Made by a program: the position numbers and the translations under genes. Positions 59,715-64,000 of a DNA stretch of 64,000 bases are shown in pieces (the first letter of the stretch is position 1; every line of letters starts with the position of its first letter). The notes beneath the pieces were generated by a model. That model saw nothing but the letters and a program-made list of their open reading frames with translations. It made no database searches and was not told the DNA's origin. The DNA lies in the NCBI GenBank assembly GCA_037447605.1, contig CM074817.1, positions 1,550,001 through 1,614,000 of the forward strand, in the 5' to 3' direction. The stretch is from Zygnema circumcarinatum SAG 698-1b (Eukaryota; Plantae; Zygnematophyceae).

Positions 59715-62700
59715 ATGGCTGCCATGGCATGGAACGTCTCTGGTTCTGTCGGCAGCAGCTTGAAGCTGCAGGAGACGAGCGCACCTGCCTCTATTTCAAG
59801 GGTGGAATGCTGCTGCAGGTCCACCTTTTGGGGAGGCGGCGTTCTTGAAGAACGCAGTAAAGTGGAATGGTTGCGCTACAAGCTTCGCACTGCTAAGGTA
59901 AAGTAGGGTCTGTTCTGTGTCAGTAAGATTTGTCTTATGCGTGGTATTTCTTTGTTTTTTTATCTTAGAAAGGGTTTAGGTTCCAGTAGGATGATGCAGA
60001 GGGGACTGAAACCGGAGTGGTTGTTTCAACGAGACGTACTGGCAGTCAGCTCCTTTCTCTGCTGGATACCCTTGCATTTAAAAATGAGAAGAATTTCTTG
60101 TATGTTTACAGGATAATCCTCAATTGCCCATGCCAATGGCGAAAATCAAGCGCCGTAAAGACCCTCAATTGGATGAAGTTATTGAGCGTGACAAGAAAGT
60201 GCGCCTTGTGACTAAAATGAAGGAACTCCTCGTCAAGCAGGTCTGCTCTGGGGCTCATCTCGTTTAGTTACAAGATTAACGAAAAGCCTTCTTTGTTGTA
60301 TATCCCTTTTTTTGTGCGAACTGCGTTCTTGCTAGGCAGCGCTGGAGTAGTATCTTATATAGTGATTCATGCATATGTATTGCCAATTTCTTACGATTCT
60401 GCTTTTGTATGGTTTTTAGGAGGGACGGGTCATGTCGTTGAAACAGCTGGGATTGCATCGGCGCACGCTTGGATTGCGAGGAAGGCGGCGGTGCATTGTG
60501 TTGCTGAGGAGGTGAGACTGGACATCCATTTGTTGTTGGAGTTCGTTTTGAAGAATCTGACAAGGCAAAGCAGGAGATGCCGCATGTGAGGTTAATTGTT
60601 GCATACTAGTTTATAGCGAGTCATCAACACCTAGCTAAAATAGTAGAGTAAAGAGCAGAAAACAGCTTTACTTAATCCCGACTCAGTAATCAGAAAGTTT
60701 ACACTTTCGTCCAAACTCCTTCATTGGAAAGGCAATGAACTTGATCGGAAAGGCAATTCAGAAATAAAATTAAAAGGCATCTACAAGATCAATCTGAACT
60801 ACCCTTTGATAGTCAGGCTATAAACTTTTATTGCCCTGTAGTTGGTGTAATTTTTACTTGTATCTAACCTGGCATGTGTTAGTTCAATGGTCAATGGAAA
60901 AGAAAGTCGGTTACTTCATGGAGGTGGTCTCTGATTGCAGGTTCCCCGCAGTGTTTGAGGTGCACGATGAGGGGGCCGGACAGGTGTGGTTTCGATTCAC
61001 AAGGGCTGCAGAAGAGCAATATCTGAAAGAGACTCTTCTGAGGGAGAGAATGGAAAGCATTCTGGTTGACAAGGTAAGAATATTTGTTGCTCAAATCAGA
61101 AAGCAGTAGGGACTGTGATGTTCTTTGATCTTTCAACCATCCGCCGGGCATGCACAGAATACTTCATAAACTGTATCCACCAACTATTAAGTGCATATTA
61201 GATACCTTCTTGCATCAAACCCCTGCACTGCTAAGGTATATGTCCGTCCATTGAAGACTTGGAGGTTTTCTGTACCTTTACCTTACCTTTTTGTATAGAA
61301 CATCAATCATGTCCTGCAGAAGTCGTCTGCACTTAAGCTTAATCTGTCGGCCGTTTCTCGCGTATTGCGTAGGTTCGAAAGCTGCTAATGATGGCAACAG
61401 AGAAGCAGCTACTTGTTCAGAAACTCACACACCTCCGGAGAGACTTGGGCTTGCCGCAAGACTTCGCAACAGTAAGTACAATCTCGCCATCACGCCATAT
61501 AGAGGACAAGAGGATATCAGTGTTCGTACTTTATCCATTATGGATACCCTTTGTTTTGTTGAGTGGGACCTCTTTACTATTGCAACTAGTAGGCGGAGAG
61601 CCTCTTATGGACCTCAGACAAGTGGGTGTTGAACTTCTTTGACGAATTAGAGAGCGTGTGCTGGAATAAGGCATGCATTCCTAACGACTCAGACTATGCA
61701 TATCAAGGTCGACTAAAAGAGTCCTCGGATCCCATGTATGAAATCTAGAAAACATAAAGAAGAGGGAGACAAAAAGCTAGTCCTTATGCCTTCCCCTGTG
61801 TGTGTGTGTACAGAACATGTTGCGCAATTACCCGCAATACTTTCGTCTCAAGTCCACAGTGGAGGGACCCATGTTGGAGCTAACCTCCTGGGATCCCTGC
61901 CTTGCAGTGTCAGCCCTAGAACATCAAGCAGCAAAAGAAGCAGCAAAGTTAAAGGAACAGAGTGAAGCTACCTTTGTGGGACAAGGTCTAGGGAAACAAA
62001 GCGATTTTGGGCCTGCAGTCGATGGGTTACAATTGGTAGAGGATGACGAAGAGTATACGAGTGAGGATGAAAGCGAATGGCTAGAACAACGAATCAGTGA
62101 TGCAGAAGCGATAGAAAGACTGGGCTTCCGCAGCCCCTTTCGTAGTCCAATCGATGTGACTGATGGTGAACATCGTTTGTTGGCAAATGGTGATGCTGAA
62201 GGGAATTCTAGGCTTGTAGAAGATGGAGCTCAGGGAAGTGTAGAACTTAATGGTGAGGAGGCTGCTATGGCTGCAATAGCAAGAGGGAAGGCAGCAGTTG
62301 GAGCAGGAACATTTGGAACTTCAACTGATCCTGATCGGCATGCCCGTAAGAAACGGGTGAATCTTAACTTTCCACCTGGCTATAGTGTTTCACGGAAGGA
62401 CCTGAAACGACTGCAGGCCTTCTTGGACCTTCCATTTGTCTCACCTTATTCTGACGCTTCTGAAGTTCATCCGGCGTCCAAGGAAGCAGAGAAGCGTAGC
62501 GTAGCCGTTCTGCATGAGATGCTGTCACTGACATTGGAAAAACGGCTGCTATGTGATCATTTCACACATTTTCGAAGAGATTACAGGTGAGTTTAGAAGG
62601 AAGGGTTGGGAGAGTGTAATCGAAAACGGGTACGACATTGTAGTGTTTTCCTAAGCTATATAGATGGTGCATGATGCCGTATCATATCTCTCCCATGTGG

Positions 62701-63456
62701 GCTTTGTCTGAAGAAGAGAGATGGTTCAAGTCTGTTCCCTTCGGAAGATGTTACAGCAGTTGGGGCAGCGTAGAAACTGACCACTGAATGATAGTGGATT
62801 TGGCAGTGACAGTGATCATATTGAGCATCGTTTGTTTTCGAAGTCGATGTTGGTGTTTAACCATCGTTTGGCATTGTAAGCAGAGATTGGTGTATCGATC
62901 TACAGTCAGTTCTAATGAGCATGTGGACATGTGCAGGTTGAGTCAGCGTCTTCGTGGGATGATCATTCGCCACCCTGAGCTCTTCTATGTCTCAGAAAAA
63001 GGCATGCGTGATTCAGTCTTTCTTCGAGAGGCTTACAATGGCCTGACTCTTGTCAAAAAGGACCCGCTTGTGCAAGTAACCGACGAACTGCGACAACTTG
63101 TGTGGTTGGGAAAGAAAACACAGAAAATAAGGTCACGTGGTGAAGGCGATGAAGATGAAGATGATGACAATGAGGACTATAGTGAGGATGATGAGGATGA
63201 TGATGACGATGATGATGATGATGATTATGAGGATGATGATGACGATGATGGGTGGGGGGAGAGTGATGATGAAGAAGAGATTTCCCGCGATGAAGATCGG
63301 CCCCCACGAGGGTATGCAAGAGGAGCACGCACCTATCCTCCTGTGCAAGGTCGGGTTTTACAAGTAGGGAGGCAGAAGGTGCCGGCATCAACCTGGAGAA
63401 GGCCGCAGCCTGAAAAGCAAGAGGCGGTTGGTGCACCGCCGAAAGAGAGATGGTGA
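59715..63456 (+). CDS. WTF1: WTF1-like PORR-domain chloroplast group II intron splicing factor, multi-exon
   Basis: KRRKDPQLDEVIERDKKVRLV, KLTHLRRDLGLP, YPQYFR...GPMLELTSWDP, EKRSVAVLHEMLSLTLEKRLLCDHFTHFR, RLRGMIIRHPELFYVSEKGMRDSVFLREAY, and an acidic tail. Confidence 0.9.
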
Positions 63457-64000
63457 TTCTGTGTATACATTCTTTGTGGCCCTTGAAAGGGTCCAATTAT
63501 TCAAAAATAGATCCACGTGCTTATCAGTTGGTGGGAGGAGCCATTTGCGACGTGCCGGGCAGTGGGTGCGGTATGGGATGAGCCACTGGCGGATGGAAAA
63601 GAATTTGAAGTCATTTTGCTGTCTTGACATTCTCAGACATTCACCGGCCGTCTTTAAGTGTACAGTTGCAACTTATTTTTAGGGTTGGCATGGTTCCATA
63701 CATACCATGTTGATAAGGATGTGTCTTAGGTCAGCGAGGTCCGTGCGTTTGCTATCATGAAGTCAAGCCAATCATGACTCGCTTGGTACCTTTGTGGCCT
63801 CAAATGGCAACAAAATCACCTTCATTCCTACGACAAGACCAGCACTTTCTGGCCGCCCGACAATGTGGACGATAGCCCAAATAAAAAAATGGAACGTGTG
63901 GCAGCCCCCGCCATTGCCCCAAGTTGCCTGCACAGCATGAGCAATAACTTCTAATCTCAAATTCCGAACAATGATCACCGAGGAGACCGATATGCGGCGC

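Overview
Gene-dense, intron-rich nuclear DNA from a streptophyte plant. The WTF1 and DCL1-like genes, telo-boxes, a bryophyte/charophyte-like 5S rRNA and a U12 intron point to a charophyte alga or early-diverging land plant; this assignment is inferred. The window holds about 15 protein-coding genes: an unknown 5'-truncated gene, a KLCR-like TPR protein, two intronless CDPK/PEPRK-related kinases, an aldo-keto reductase, a membrane-anchored A1 aspartic protease, taspase-1, an NAD(P)-binding Rossmann protein, a SOUL haem-binding protein, a bacterial/fungal-type VOC protein, RPB10, ZRSR2, a Dicer-like gene, NDUFA8 and WTF1. It also holds a solitary 5S rRNA gene, two stacked MULE-like foldback elements, a remnant of an RLE-type non-LTR retrotransposon and a dispersed ~80-bp repeat family. 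Two things stand out. (1) An intact 7-exon, 1347-aa DCL1-like gene has no helicase or DUF283, an intact RNase IIIa, and an RNase IIIb lacking 3 of 4 catalytic carboxylates, so it is a predicted single-strand 'nicking' Dicer. (2) An 864-bp decayed two-gene Bacteroidota fragment is bracketed exactly by 80-bp inverted repeats. Family assignments come from recalled motifs, not database searches.
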